Source: Alphaproteobacteria bacterium
Lineage (GTDB): Bacteria > Pseudomonadota > Alphaproteobacteria > JASGCL01
Assembly: GCA_965262605.1 (NCBI GenBank)
Contig: CBDHFN010000001.1
Span: forward strand, 80,566-144,565
Direction: 5' to 3'
Length of the DNA: 64,000 nucleotides
Shown here: in pieces, positions 55,470 to 64,000 of the stretch
Position numbering within the stretch: position 1 is the first letter of the stretch
Layout of the letters: the number at the start of each line of letters is the position of its first letter
Notes under the pieces: model-generated
Database searches by the model: none
What the model saw: the letters and a program-made list of their open reading frames with translations, nothing else
Told to the model about the DNA's origin: nothing
Program-made: the position numbers and the translations under genes

Positions 55470-57371
55470 AACTATTTCAGATTTTTTTTCATAAAAATTT
55501 CCGTTAAATTCTTGGGCAAGGGCGGGGATTCCGCGGGATTTTGCGTAATCGTTGTAATCGGTTAAGCCTTGAATTAATTCGCTTTTGCCAAAATTTGGGG
55601 TGCGGACTTCGGCATTGATTAATTGCGATGCTTTGGTGGCGCACGCGATACCGACATTTACTTCGCGCTTGTGGTCGTTGTCGGCGGCAATGATGATATG
55701 GGCGGTCGGGAATTGGGCGCGGATATTTTGCGCAACGGGGGCAAGATTCCCCGAATCAAAGGCGACAACGACGGGGATTTTGGTTGCTTCGTAAAGCGAA
55801 ATGGCGGTTGCGATGCCTTCGGCAATGATAATTTGCGGATAATCGCGGTATTTCAGCGCGGTTTTGGTATTTTTATCATCAATAATGGTAAAATTGCCGT
55901 GTTTTTCGCCGTCTTTTAAGAAAATTTTCGTGCCGTTGGGCTTGATAAATTGCACGGAACGCACGATGCCGTCAAGATTAACAATTGGAATAAGCAGATT
56001 TTTATTGTCAATCATGTTGCCGTGTTTGTCTTGATAAGGTGGCTGGACTTTTAAGCCGTGGTTGTGGGTGATGGCTTTGGCGGTTAAATATTCATGGTTG
56101 TGGGCGAAGGTATTTTTGGGATTCGCGATAATGGCAAAGGCTTGTTTGGCGACTTTATCATGAATTATTTGGCGGTTTTGGGATTGTTTAGCTTGCAATT
56201 CGGCGTAATTTGGGTTGATAATTTGCCGTTCGTGCGCGGGCTTTGATTGCCCTGTGGCGATGAATTTTGCATTAATAATGCCAAGCTTGAAATTAGTAAT
56301 TAAGCCATTGACGCGCCCGCCCGAATGAAGCAAATACGCCCCTGATTTTTCACTGCCTTTATCGCCCGCGATGGCGACCCTGTGCCATTGCCCATTATCG
56401 TGTAATTCATTTATATCTAAGCCTTTGGTTTTAGCAAATTCGCGAAATTCTTCAAGTGCTAATTCGGTAATTTCATTGGCGGTTTTGGGGTAATGTTGCG
56501 CAAATCGGCTAAGGGCTATATCGTGATTGTCATTTTGATTGGTTAAGAAATAAGAATTACGCGCCGAATCAAAATTTGCGCCCAAGCTTCTTGCTTCACG
56601 GCGATGTTCAAACGGCACATTTATATAGATTTTCCACGGCGAAACCATGGCAATTTTATCTTCCATCACTTGATCCTTGTCTTTATAGTTTGTTGGTTGT
56701 TCCCAAGCCAAGACGGCATTTTGCCAATGTTTGTCGGTGTAAAGCATGGCTTTGGCAATTAATTTGCCGAAATTATAAAATTTTCGTAAAATTAAGGGAT
56801 TTTTCTTAATTGCGAAGGGTAATTGCGTCAATTTTGGCATGGTGAATGGTTGCTTAAAGACGCGTGCCATACTAAATTGGGCGAGGATTGCCCGAAAATT
56901 TTGCTCTTTGGCTAATTCGGTGCCTGCGATTGATTTTTGGACATGGTCATTATCAAATTTAAGAATTTCTTGCAAAGATGGTATGGGTGTTGTTTGCCAA
57001 GCAGGCGGGGATTGGATATAAGCGTCCAGCCCGATAATATCTTGCCCATTGAAAACATGCCCTAAAATCAAGGTTGGCTTGGCAAGTTTATTGCCGTTTT
57101 TATCAAAAATGCGCCAATATTCCACTTGGACGGGTTCGGCGTTTTCGTTAATACTATAACCTGCTTTAATGGCTTGGGATTGGGTAAGCCAGCGCGGGTC
57201 ATTCATGGTGCGGGCATCCATGCTTAACATAAAATCATTAAAACCAGCATAAGCGTTATTACTAACGGGATTAAAAGGTTGCGGTGGCAGGGTGTCATTA
57301 TGCAGCATGGAATTGCCGTGATTAAATAAATTGACGAAATTTTGCGATTGAGTGGCGATATTTTTAAACAT
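55461..57371 (-). CDS. ArdC-N-like ssDNA-binding domain / Toprim-domain protein (conjugative primase-like)
   Basis: The N-terminus parallels the ArdC N-domain (NNAYAGFNDFMLSMDARTMNDPRWLTQSQAIKAGY). The middle module is KIYINVPFEHRREARSLGANFDSARNSYFL. The C-terminal Toprim motifs are IIIAEGIATAISL and IIIAADNDHK. Confidence 0.65.
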   Translation of the reverse strand: MFKNIATQSQNFVNLFNHGNSMLHNDTLPPQPFNPVSNNAYAGFNDFMLSMDARTMNDPRWLTQSQAIKAGYSINENAEPVQVEYWRIFDKNGNKLAKPTLILGHVFNGQDIIGLDAYIQSPPAWQTTPIPSLQEILKFDNDHVQKSIAGTELAKEQNFRAILAQFSMARVFKQPFTMPKLTQLPFAIKKNPLILRKFYNFGKLIAKAMLYTDKHWQNAVLAWEQPTNYKDKDQVMEDKIAMVSPWKIYINVPFEHRREARSLGANFDSARNSYFLTNQNDNHDIALSRFAQHYPKTANEITELALEEFREFAKTKGLDINELHDNGQWHRVAIAGDKGSEKSGAYLLHSGGRVNGLITNFKLGIINAKFIATGQSKPAHERQIINPNYAELQAKQSQNRQIIHDKVAKQAFAIIANPKNTFAHNHEYLTAKAITHNHGLKVQPPYQDKHGNMIDNKNLLIPIVNLDGIVRSVQFIKPNGTKIFLKDGEKHGNFTIIDDKNTKTALKYRDYPQIIIAEGIATAISLYEATKIPVVVAFDSGNLAPVAQNIRAQFPTAHIIIAADNDHKREVNVGIACATKASQLINAEVRTPNFGKSELIQGLTDYNDYAKSRGIPALAQEFNGNFYEKKSEIVLK

Positions 57372-57405
57372 TTTTTTTGCTTTCGTGGTTAAGATTGAAA
57401 GAGAG

Positions 57406-57544
57406 AAGTTTGTTGCAATAAGAATTTTTCAAAGCAATAGAGAGCAAAAACATACGAAAAAGCGCAGAATACATAGTGTATTTGAGCATTTTGAGTGTGT
57501 TTTTAACCGATTAGTGCAAAGAAAAAGCTTAATGCAACAAACTT
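57406..57544 (-). mobile_element. MITE-like repeat element, copy 2 (139 nt, inverted relative to copy 1)
   Basis: The terminal inverted repeats are AAGTTTGTTGCAATAAG ... CTTAATGCAACAAACTT (16 of 17 positions complementary). GAGAG flanks both ends (57401-57405 and 57545-57549). The core matches copy 1 at 101/107 nt. Confidence 0.6.
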
Positions 57545-57711
57545 GAGAGTTGAATATCTGGATAATCAAGGGCTAGTTCCGCGAAGATTCCGCCCAATTT
57601 ATCGGCAAATTTTAAGGTTATTTCGCATTCTTGCCCTTGGTTAAGATATTCATCTAAGATTTCAGATTCTAAGGTAAAATCATTATTATTGGGTTTTTCT
57701 AAGTTATTCAT
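57529..57711 (-). CDS. small acidic hypothetical protein
   Basis: 60-aa ORF coupled to virD4 (ATGA overlap). Its last five codons and its stop codon are supplied by the repeat element. Confidence 0.3.
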   Translation of the reverse strand: MNNLEKPNNNDFTLESEILDEYLNQGQECEITLKFADKLGGIFAELALDYPDIQLSSLLH

Positions 57712-59453
57712 GGTGTATCCTTGGTTGTGATGGGACAGAGTGGGTGAAAATAAATAGGGATTTTGGAGCGGGCATTGAGGATTTTATTTTTATAAAAAAA
57801 TGGTTGTTTGGCAAGGATAGGCGCGGAGCGGGCAATCATGATAAGCATTTGCCCAAGCGGTAATTGTTGAATTTGCGAAGAATTTTTAAGGGGGACTTTA
57901 TGGGATTGATAAGAGATAGTGTAAGCGGTGCCATTTTTGCTTGTGGAGGAGGATGTATTTTTAAGTTGCACGGTCATATTGCCTAGTCGTTTTTCAATAT
58001 ATTCGGCGGTATTAACGGTGTTGGGTGCAAGCGCAATTTGGATATGGCAATTGGCGGTGATGGATTCGTCTTTGGAATATTTTGCGTATAATTGATTTAA
58101 ATCTTGGCAGATAATATATAATTTCAAGCCATAGCCTGCAACGAAGCTAATTGCATTTTCTAAGACGAGGATTTTGCCAATACTTGGGAATTCGTCCAAG
58201 AGAAGTAATAATTTATATTTATAGGATTTATCTTGTTCGCCCGCTGTAAAATTCATACGGGAGGTTCGTTTGGCAACCAGCATAGTCATGAATATTCTAA
58301 TGAGTGGTTTAAGTCTGTCAATATCAGGCGGAGCAATAATAAGATAGCACGAGACGGGCATATCGCCGTCCATTAATTCATCAATAGTCCAATCGGATGT
58401 GGCGGTATTTTTGGCGATGGTGGGGTCAACGAACAAGCCTAATTTGACGCTTCCCGAAGAATGCACGCCCGAGCGTTCGGCTTCGGCTTTGCTTAATAAC
58501 ACGCCAGCCCCACGGCGAATATTATCATTAATGAAGGGGTTTTTATGGTCAAATTTCATCATATTATTGAGTATTTTGATTAACCCGCCGCCCGATTCAA
58601 GCGAGGAATCGGCATTAATATAATTATAGACATCGGCTAAGGAGGGCATGATATTTTTTTCCAATTGCCAGCGATGGCAACAATGCAAGATGGCGGTAGT
58701 CATCCAAATCCAGCCACTATTAGACCAATAATCATTGCCTAAGCCTTTGCCGTCAGTATCCATAATTATCATGGCGATATTTTGGACATCAGAAAATTCA
58801 TATTCAGTGCCAAAACGAATTTCTGCAAGGGGGTTAAATTTATGGCATTCATTGGGGTTAGTTGGTTCAAATTTAATGATTTTTTGCCCCATTTTTGCGC
58901 GAAATCCCGCGGTTAGATTGTAATTTTCAGCTTTAATATCAAGGACTAAGACGGAGTTTTCAAGCCAAGTCATCAAGGTAGGGATAATCAAGGAGACGCC
59001 TTTACCCATGCGGGTTGGTGCAAAGCAAATTATATGTTCGGCGCCGTTATGGCAGATTAATTGGGTTTTGCTAAAAAAATATTTTTTATAGCCACCAATT
59101 ACCGCGCCGTCAGCTTGATTTTTAAATAATTCATTGGGGTATTTGACAAGATTTAAGCCTGCTTTCATAACATCATTAAAGTTAGCCCAGCGTGAGTCGC
59201 CGTGGACATTTTGATGGTTGATGATATTGGAGTTAAAGGTCATGATAAGGCAATAGGCAAGGGGCAGGAGCAATAAAGCCAAGGGGTATATAATAAAAGC
59301 GGGCAGGTTTTTTTCTTTGGCAAGATAATAAAACAAATAAATAATATTTTTGGGGAATTTAAAATCAAATCCGTAATGCAACCAAATAAAATAAATACAG
59401 ATGAGGGCAAGAAATAAAATGAGGCAAGCGATTAGTTTATGAATATTAGTCAT
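57708..59453 (-). CDS. virD4: type IV secretion coupling protein VirD4/TraG
   Basis: 581 aa with two N-terminal TM helices. Walker A context APTRMGKGVSLIIPT and Walker B context KLLLLLDEFPSIG. Confidence 0.85.
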   Translation of the reverse strand: MTNIHKLIACLILFLALICIYFIWLHYGFDFKFPKNIIYLFYYLAKEKNLPAFIIYPLALLLLPLAYCLIMTFNSNIINHQNVHGDSRWANFNDVMKAGLNLVKYPNELFKNQADGAVIGGYKKYFFSKTQLICHNGAEHIICFAPTRMGKGVSLIIPTLMTWLENSVLVLDIKAENYNLTAGFRAKMGQKIIKFEPTNPNECHKFNPLAEIRFGTEYEFSDVQNIAMIIMDTDGKGLGNDYWSNSGWIWMTTAILHCCHRWQLEKNIMPSLADVYNYINADSSLESGGGLIKILNNMMKFDHKNPFINDNIRRGAGVLLSKAEAERSGVHSSGSVKLGLFVDPTIAKNTATSDWTIDELMDGDMPVSCYLIIAPPDIDRLKPLIRIFMTMLVAKRTSRMNFTAGEQDKSYKYKLLLLLDEFPSIGKILVLENAISFVAGYGLKLYIICQDLNQLYAKYSKDESITANCHIQIALAPNTVNTAEYIEKRLGNMTVQLKNTSSSTSKNGTAYTISYQSHKVPLKNSSQIQQLPLGQMLIMIARSAPILAKQPFFYKNKILNARSKIPIYFHPLCPITTKDTP

Positions 59454-60399
59454 GGAACACGCCGTTTTGCATAATATATTGTTGGGTTTTGGGGTTAAAT
59501 AAATCGCTTATTTGTCTAAATCCATTATCATTGCGTTTAATTTGAATGATTAAATCGGTTAATTGGTTAATATTTTGGGCGATATTATCAATTTTATGTT
59601 CGCCCCATTGTAGATTCATGGCGAATTTAAGGGGGACTTGTTTAGGGGATTCGGCGTGAATAGTGCACATAAAGCCTTTATTTCCAGCGTTTAAGGAGTT
59701 AATGGCGCAAAAACTATTGGCAGTGCTGATTTCACCAAATATGATATTATCGGGGGTAATGCGGTTAATATGGTTGCTTAAAACTTCCCAAGATAGTAAG
59801 CCGTTATGATGAAATTGTGCGCCACGCCCAGCGATTAAGCCTGTGCCATTCCAAAATCTTGTAATATCTACTTCGGGGGTGTCTTCAACGGATACGACAC
59901 GGCGTGAATCGGGTAATAACGATAATAATTTATTAAGCAAGGTGGTTTTGCCCGTGTTGGTTGCGCCAGCAATAACGATATTATCTTGGGCTTGAATGCG
60001 GGTGGTGATAAATGCTTGGGTTTTGGGGTTAATGCCTAATTCTTGCCAAGATGGTTCAAATTTATGTTTGCATCTGATAGCAAGGCTTATGCCATGCACG
60101 GCGGACGCGCCGAAGGCGGCTTCAAAGCGATGGTTGTAAAATGGCAAGACGCAAGAAATTTGCGGTGATTCATTATTAAAAATTAAACCATTCATATTGC
60201 TTAAAATTTTGCATAAATTTTTAAGATTATCAATGGACAGGTTTTTGTCTTGAATTTCCAATAATCCCGACCCGCGCGTATCTGTAATAACAATAAAAGG
60301 TTTATTAATGCGAAATTCGGTAATTTGCACATTAGAAATATATTGAAATAAATCGTTAAGGCGAATGCGCAAGATGGGATTTAAGGAATCGTAAGACAT
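59446..60399 (-). CDS. virB11: type IV secretion ATPase VirB11
   Basis: Walker A is GATNTGKTTLLN. Length is typical of VirB11/TrbB. I set the start at ATG 60399 (MSYDSLNPIL), one nt after the upstream stop. The track start at 60432 overlaps the upstream gene. Confidence 0.85.
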   Translation of the reverse strand: MSYDSLNPILRIRLNDLFQYISNVQITEFRINKPFIVITDTRGSGLLEIQDKNLSIDNLKNLCKILSNMNGLIFNNESPQISCVLPFYNHRFEAAFGASAVHGISLAIRCKHKFEPSWQELGINPKTQAFITTRIQAQDNIVIAGATNTGKTTLLNKLLSLLPDSRRVVSVEDTPEVDITRFWNGTGLIAGRGAQFHHNGLLSWEVLSNHINRITPDNIIFGEISTANSFCAINSLNAGNKGFMCTIHAESPKQVPLKFAMNLQWGEHKIDNIAQNINQLTDLIIQIKRNDNGFRQISDLFNPKTQQYIMQNGVFHD

Positions 60400-60400
60400 G

Positions 60401-63133
60401 TTAAAAGCCGTAAATAACTTGATTATCATCACGAAGCCACGCTTGCCCCAAGGTAATAGAGTAGGTATAAGGATTCATGCTTGGAGTTTGCGCACTATTA
60501 CAAGCGGCATATGTTGCCGAAGTGCCGTAAGCCCCATTACCATTGCTATCGCCACAACCCCAAGCAATGCCCCAATTGCTACCTATAGTAAATTTAGTCA
60601 AGGCGTTAATTGGAGATGATGCGATGGTTTGCCCCGATTTAACATAATTAAATTGGAATTTGCGATAAACCGAAGAGCCACTTGGCAATAAATCGGCACC
60701 CGAATTATTATTTGTCAAACTAACAATACCATTTTGCGAATTATAGCTTGCCGTGCCGTAAGGGTTGCTAACACTAATATTTTGGGAAATACACGCATAA
60801 ACAGAACGATTCGTGCCGTTGGTAATACCGCCCGCGACAAATTGCGAATTATCCCCGCGCTTATAGGTGGTTTGGACAAGTTGCGGGATATTTTTCGTGC
60901 AACCTTGGTAAGAATGGGTATTATTGGGCGCATCAATAATTTTTGCGGATATAATTTGATATGGTTGGGCAATCGCGCCCGACAATAAGAAATTATCTTT
61001 AATATTATACCGAATGCCATTTACTAAAATATAAACTTTATATAAGGGATAATTATTTAAGCTGGAATCTTGGAATTGCCATGATTGCAATTCATAATTA
61101 TGGTTATAGGTAATTTTATCATCGGCACAAGAGGTTAAATATTTAGGTTGATTATCAATTAAGAAATAAGTTCTGGTGCGCCCCGTGCTGAAGGAGCTAT
61201 TGAAATTATGAAGCCAAAGATTCATATCAATGCACCCGTCCATTGTGGATTGAATCATGGAATCAGTATCACTTGCCACGCATTGCGTAATATATTTTCG
61301 TGCGCCATTAAGCATATAGCCGTTGCGATAAAATACAATCACGGCATCGCCCAAGACATTTTTAGACACGGGGCATAATAAATTGCCCGAATCATTAAAT
61401 TTATATTGTTCGTGATTCCAAGCAAGCGTGGTATTTTGACACCCGCGCGCCACGAATTTTTGCCCATTAAAAATATACGATAAAGCTTCTTGTTGGAATG
61501 ATTTTTTTTGCGTGAAATCATCATAAACCGAACAAGGTTCGGTATCTTTGGTAATGGCAATATTCGGCGCGCTTGCGCTTATTTGGCAGGCTTGTAAATC
61601 ATGGCGGTTTCCGTCTAAATCAATATAATAAGTGGCGGATTTACGCCGAACGACATTAGCGTCATAATCCACCAGCACGGCGCAATTGGTAAAATCTTCA
61701 ACAATATTATATTTAATTTCGGTATCTTCGGCGCAAACATCGTTAATATTAGTTTTTTCGTTATTATTCGCCAAATAAAAATTTTTATATTTAGGAATGA
61801 TAAAATGATTAATATTATCGGTTTTAACGGCGCAATCGCTATAAGATTTATATATTTGATATTGAATTAAGGGGTCAGTATCGGCGCAAGGGGTTTGAGA
61901 AATAACTTTATTTTCAACTAATGCCCTTTTAGTGCTTTGTTTAATGGCTTGATTATTAATTAAATCAATACGAACGGCACAATTTGCGCTTACCTCATCA
62001 TAATTAATAATCGGGCAAGGCGCATAAACAAATTCTGCGCCTTGATAAGAATAGGTTTTTTTAAACCCGATGGCTTGACTTGGCGCAATAAAGCCCGCAT
62101 TAATAGCGCAAGCGGTGCTTGTCATTGGCACGGATTGCGCTGATTTAGCGCAAGGGGATATTTCAATCGGATTGCCGTTAATATCATTATAGTTTTTTTT
62201 GGATTTTATCCAAACTTTATTAAGGGCAATATCAATTTCAACCCCGCAAGCATTAAAATCTTCGGTGATTTTAAATGTTTTTTCATTGTCAATCGTACAT
62301 TCACCAACATCAATAAAAATACCCGCGCTGTTTAAATATCGCATTCTAAATCGCGCATTCGCGCCCGTGCCATTAAAAACATCCGAACAACTAATATAAT
62401 TTTTGCTAAGGGGATAAGAGACTTCGGAGTCTTTGCATGGTTCAACGCTAACTTCTTGGGCATCTTCAAGCGTGATTAATTTAGTTTGCACGATGGCTTT
62501 ATTTTGCGCAAAATCAATGCGGGTAATGCACCCGTCCGTTGTTTGTTTATAGGTCGTTTTTTTGGCTTGGCTAAGATTAATGGGGTCAAGAGGTTTAAAT
62601 TGCATGTCTTTATTGGGAGTATCAAGCCCGAATTCGCTTATTTTGCTATTTATTTGGGGTAAATCCGATTTTAAGCTTGCTTTGGCATCAGGGTTTAATA
62701 ATTCATTAATGATATTTTCAATTACAACCTTGGAAAATGGCAGTTTCACCGGCGAATTTTGGGTAAAATTCGTTTGTGAAACTTCACCCATTAAGGCATA
62801 ACCGCTTAAATCTTTGGCTTTATTGCTGGATTTCATGGAATTAAGGGTAATTTCAGATTTATTACCATCAATTTGCTTGATGGACGCATTAATTACCACT
62901 TTATCGCCGTTATTGATTTTATTTTTGATTTTTAAGTCAATGTTTTTAATATCTTTAGTAATGGGAACATCGCCAATGACTGGTGCAACTTCAATATTAT
63001 CATTATTATATTCTGCATTATTATCAGGGTTTAAATTTTGTGCATAGCTTATATTGTCTAAATTGTTTAAATAAAATAAGCCTATAAAGGCTAATGGCAA
63101 TATGATTGAAAATTTTAAGTATGTTTTTGGCAT
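60401..63133 (-). CDS. secreted 910-aa protein with at least 10 Cys-bounded ~30-35-aa repeat modules; unknown function, embedded in the T4SS operon
   Basis: Signal peptide FSIILPLAFIGLFYL...SYAQ with an AGGAAT RBS. Ten modules follow the pattern C-x(29-34)-C, for example CITRIDFAQNKAIVQTKLITLEDAQEVSVEPC, CAVRIDLINNQAIKQSTKRALVENKVISQTPC and CAVLVDYDANVVRRKSATYYIDLDGNRHDLQAC. The C-terminus ends ...VIYGF. Confidence 0.6.
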   Translation of the reverse strand: MPKTYLKFSIILPLAFIGLFYLNNLDNISYAQNLNPDNNAEYNNDNIEVAPVIGDVPITKDIKNIDLKIKNKINNGDKVVINASIKQIDGNKSEITLNSMKSSNKAKDLSGYALMGEVSQTNFTQNSPVKLPFSKVVIENIINELLNPDAKASLKSDLPQINSKISEFGLDTPNKDMQFKPLDPINLSQAKKTTYKQTTDGCITRIDFAQNKAIVQTKLITLEDAQEVSVEPCKDSEVSYPLSKNYISCSDVFNGTGANARFRMRYLNSAGIFIDVGECTIDNEKTFKITEDFNACGVEIDIALNKVWIKSKKNYNDINGNPIEISPCAKSAQSVPMTSTACAINAGFIAPSQAIGFKKTYSYQGAEFVYAPCPIINYDEVSANCAVRIDLINNQAIKQSTKRALVENKVISQTPCADTDPLIQYQIYKSYSDCAVKTDNINHFIIPKYKNFYLANNNEKTNINDVCAEDTEIKYNIVEDFTNCAVLVDYDANVVRRKSATYYIDLDGNRHDLQACQISASAPNIAITKDTEPCSVYDDFTQKKSFQQEALSYIFNGQKFVARGCQNTTLAWNHEQYKFNDSGNLLCPVSKNVLGDAVIVFYRNGYMLNGARKYITQCVASDTDSMIQSTMDGCIDMNLWLHNFNSSFSTGRTRTYFLIDNQPKYLTSCADDKITYNHNYELQSWQFQDSSLNNYPLYKVYILVNGIRYNIKDNFLLSGAIAQPYQIISAKIIDAPNNTHSYQGCTKNIPQLVQTTYKRGDNSQFVAGGITNGTNRSVYACISQNISVSNPYGTASYNSQNGIVSLTNNNSGADLLPSGSSVYRKFQFNYVKSGQTIASSPINALTKFTIGSNWGIAWGCGDSNGNGAYGTSATYAACNSAQTPSMNPYTYSITLGQAWLRDDNQVIYGF

Positions 63134-63164
63134 GGGATTCCTAGTTTTAATGGGGTTATTTGGG

Positions 63165-64000
63165 TTAATTAAGTGTGGATATAATCCAGTCTTTAGCTGG
63201 ACGAATTTGAATGCGCGTGCCTTTGGTTACGCGAATAATGGGTTTAATAGAAAGGCTTTCTTGCAAGGATTGCGCGGAAATTTCGCCGAATTTTTGCGAT
63301 AATTCCTTTGCGCCTTCGTCAAAAGCTTGATTAAGCGGGTTAGTTTGATTGCTTTGGTTGTTATTATTGGTAATGGTGGATTTATTGGCAATCGTAGCCG
63401 TGCCAATTCTTGTGCCAACGGATACGCCCGCTAATAAAAAAGCAAGCCCGTATTTTTCATAAAATCGGTTATCAACTTCGCCTGCAATGCCAACTGTGCC
63501 TTGGACATCGCCAACGACACTTTTAATTTGATTAATTTCGGCGCGGGTTTCACCCATTAAAATGCGGTTGCATTTTGATTCAAGGCGCGAAATGCCTTGC
63601 CCACCTGCAACTTCATATTCACAAATCATGCGCGATCCCTTAGGGATTAAGATATTGCGCCCGTGATAGCCATAAATATTTTGGGGTATTTGAATGATTA
63701 TCGTTCCCGCAATTTGGCTATTAATATTATTTTCTAAAATTCCCATGATATAGCGGTCTTGGGCAATGATATTATCGTTTGGCACAGGGGGGCTTGATAT
63801 ATCACTGGGCGCGGAATATTTAGCAGGCTTTAATATGGGTGCAACAGGCAAGGAATTATGGTTATTATCGGATTTTTGCACCATATCATCTTGCCATAAT
63901 TCAATATTTGCCAATCGTTCGGCGTAATAATTGGGTAAAATAACCTCAGGTTTATTGGGATAAACTTCAACAAGCCGTTCAATTTCACGGATTATTTCAA
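63165..64000 (-). CDS. virB10: VirB10/TrbI-family T4SS protein (5' end outside the window)
   Basis: The C-terminal TrbI/VirB10 domain contains IPKGSRMICEY and GDVQGTVGIAGEVDNRF, preceded by a Pro-rich segment. The reading frame stays open upstream of the TTG at 63914 to the window edge, so the gene is partial. Confidence 0.75.
   Translation of the reverse strand, partial: EIIREIERLVEVYPNKPEVILPNYYAERLANIELWQDDMVQKSDNNHNSLPVAPILKPAKYSAPSDISSPPVPNDNIIAQDRYIMGILENNINSQIAGTIIIQIPQNIYGYHGRNILIPKGSRMICEYEVAGGQGISRLESKCNRILMGETRAEINQIKSVVGDVQGTVGIAGEVDNRFYEKYGLAFLLAGVSVGTRIGTATIANKSTITNNNNQSNQTNPLNQAFDEGAKELSQKFGEISAQSLQESLSIKPIIRVTKGTRIQIRPAKDWIISTLN

Larger units (their letters stand above)
44794..64000. 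mobile_element. conjugative element (partial; continues beyond the window)
   Basis: It carries a MOBP relaxase, MobC, ArdC, a primase-like gene, the VirD4 coupling protein, VirB11 and VirB10, all on the minus strand, plus the cargo zorABCD. No integrase for this part is visible in the window. Confidence 0.6.

Noticed and set aside
31112-64000. Prophage
   Set aside because: No capsid, terminase, portal, tail or lysis genes are present. The content is relaxases, T4SS, recombinases and defence cargo, so these are integrative, conjugative or mobilizable elements.

Overview
This 64-kb window comes from an AT-rich Gram-negative, proteobacterial-type genome. An alphaproteobacterial origin is only a guess, based on the T4SS/MobQ/TraD-like gene flavour.

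LEFT HALF (1-31.1 kb): chromosomal backbone.
- A Dpp/Opp-type ABC importer is linked to an RpiR regulator, a PLP deaminase-like enzyme, a D-aminoacylase, RidA and a KdgK-like kinase. Together these look like an N-acyl-amino-sugar-acid or D-amino-acid catabolic locus.
- A dimethylglycine/sarcosine-dehydrogenase-family gene is translationally coupled to a choline-kinase-like gene.
- Other genes are an orphan solute-binding protein, a PuuB-like oxidase, aroA, folC, a DadA-like oxidoreductase, a GT9-like protein, a RecX-like protein, tsaB, a DHDPS-family lyase and an aminotransferase.
- The backbone ends in tRNA-Lys(UUU) and tRNA-Val(GAC).
- Two very AT-rich insertions interrupt it. (i) A compact three-gene cassette at 10.6-14.1 kb encodes an ABC/SMC-type ATPase, a candidate PD-(D/E)xK nuclease and a DUF262/ParB-like protein. 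I rank this as the best candidate for an undescribed defence system. (ii) A solitary 682-aa membrane pentapeptide-repeat protein lies at 24.2-26.2 kb.

RIGHT HALF (31.1-64 kb): a composite of mobile elements starting exactly at the 3' end of tRNA-Val.
- An ~8.9-kb mobilizable element is bounded by a 12-bp repeat of the tRNA end. It carries a MobQ relaxase with an oriT-like region, a TraD-like gene and a large serine recombinase.
- A second small module has a paralogous wHTH Rep-like gene, a second serine recombinase, a ~650-bp phased array of TAAC(T/C)T motifs and an orphan MazF-like toxin.
- The left part of a conjugative element carries a MOBP relaxase, MobC, ArdC, an ArdC-N/Toprim primase-like gene, VirD4, VirB11 and partial VirB10. 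Its cargo is a type I Zorya-like zorABCD operon. A 910-aa secreted Cys-repeat protein is wedged between virB10 and virB11.

Other observations: a MITE-like element with terminal inverted repeats has one copy in the aroA-folC spacer and one inside the conjugative element; there is a candidate small RNA with a consensus promoter and terminator; and there are several decayed or frameshifted genes.

All family assignments rest on motif recognition by eye. No database search was possible.
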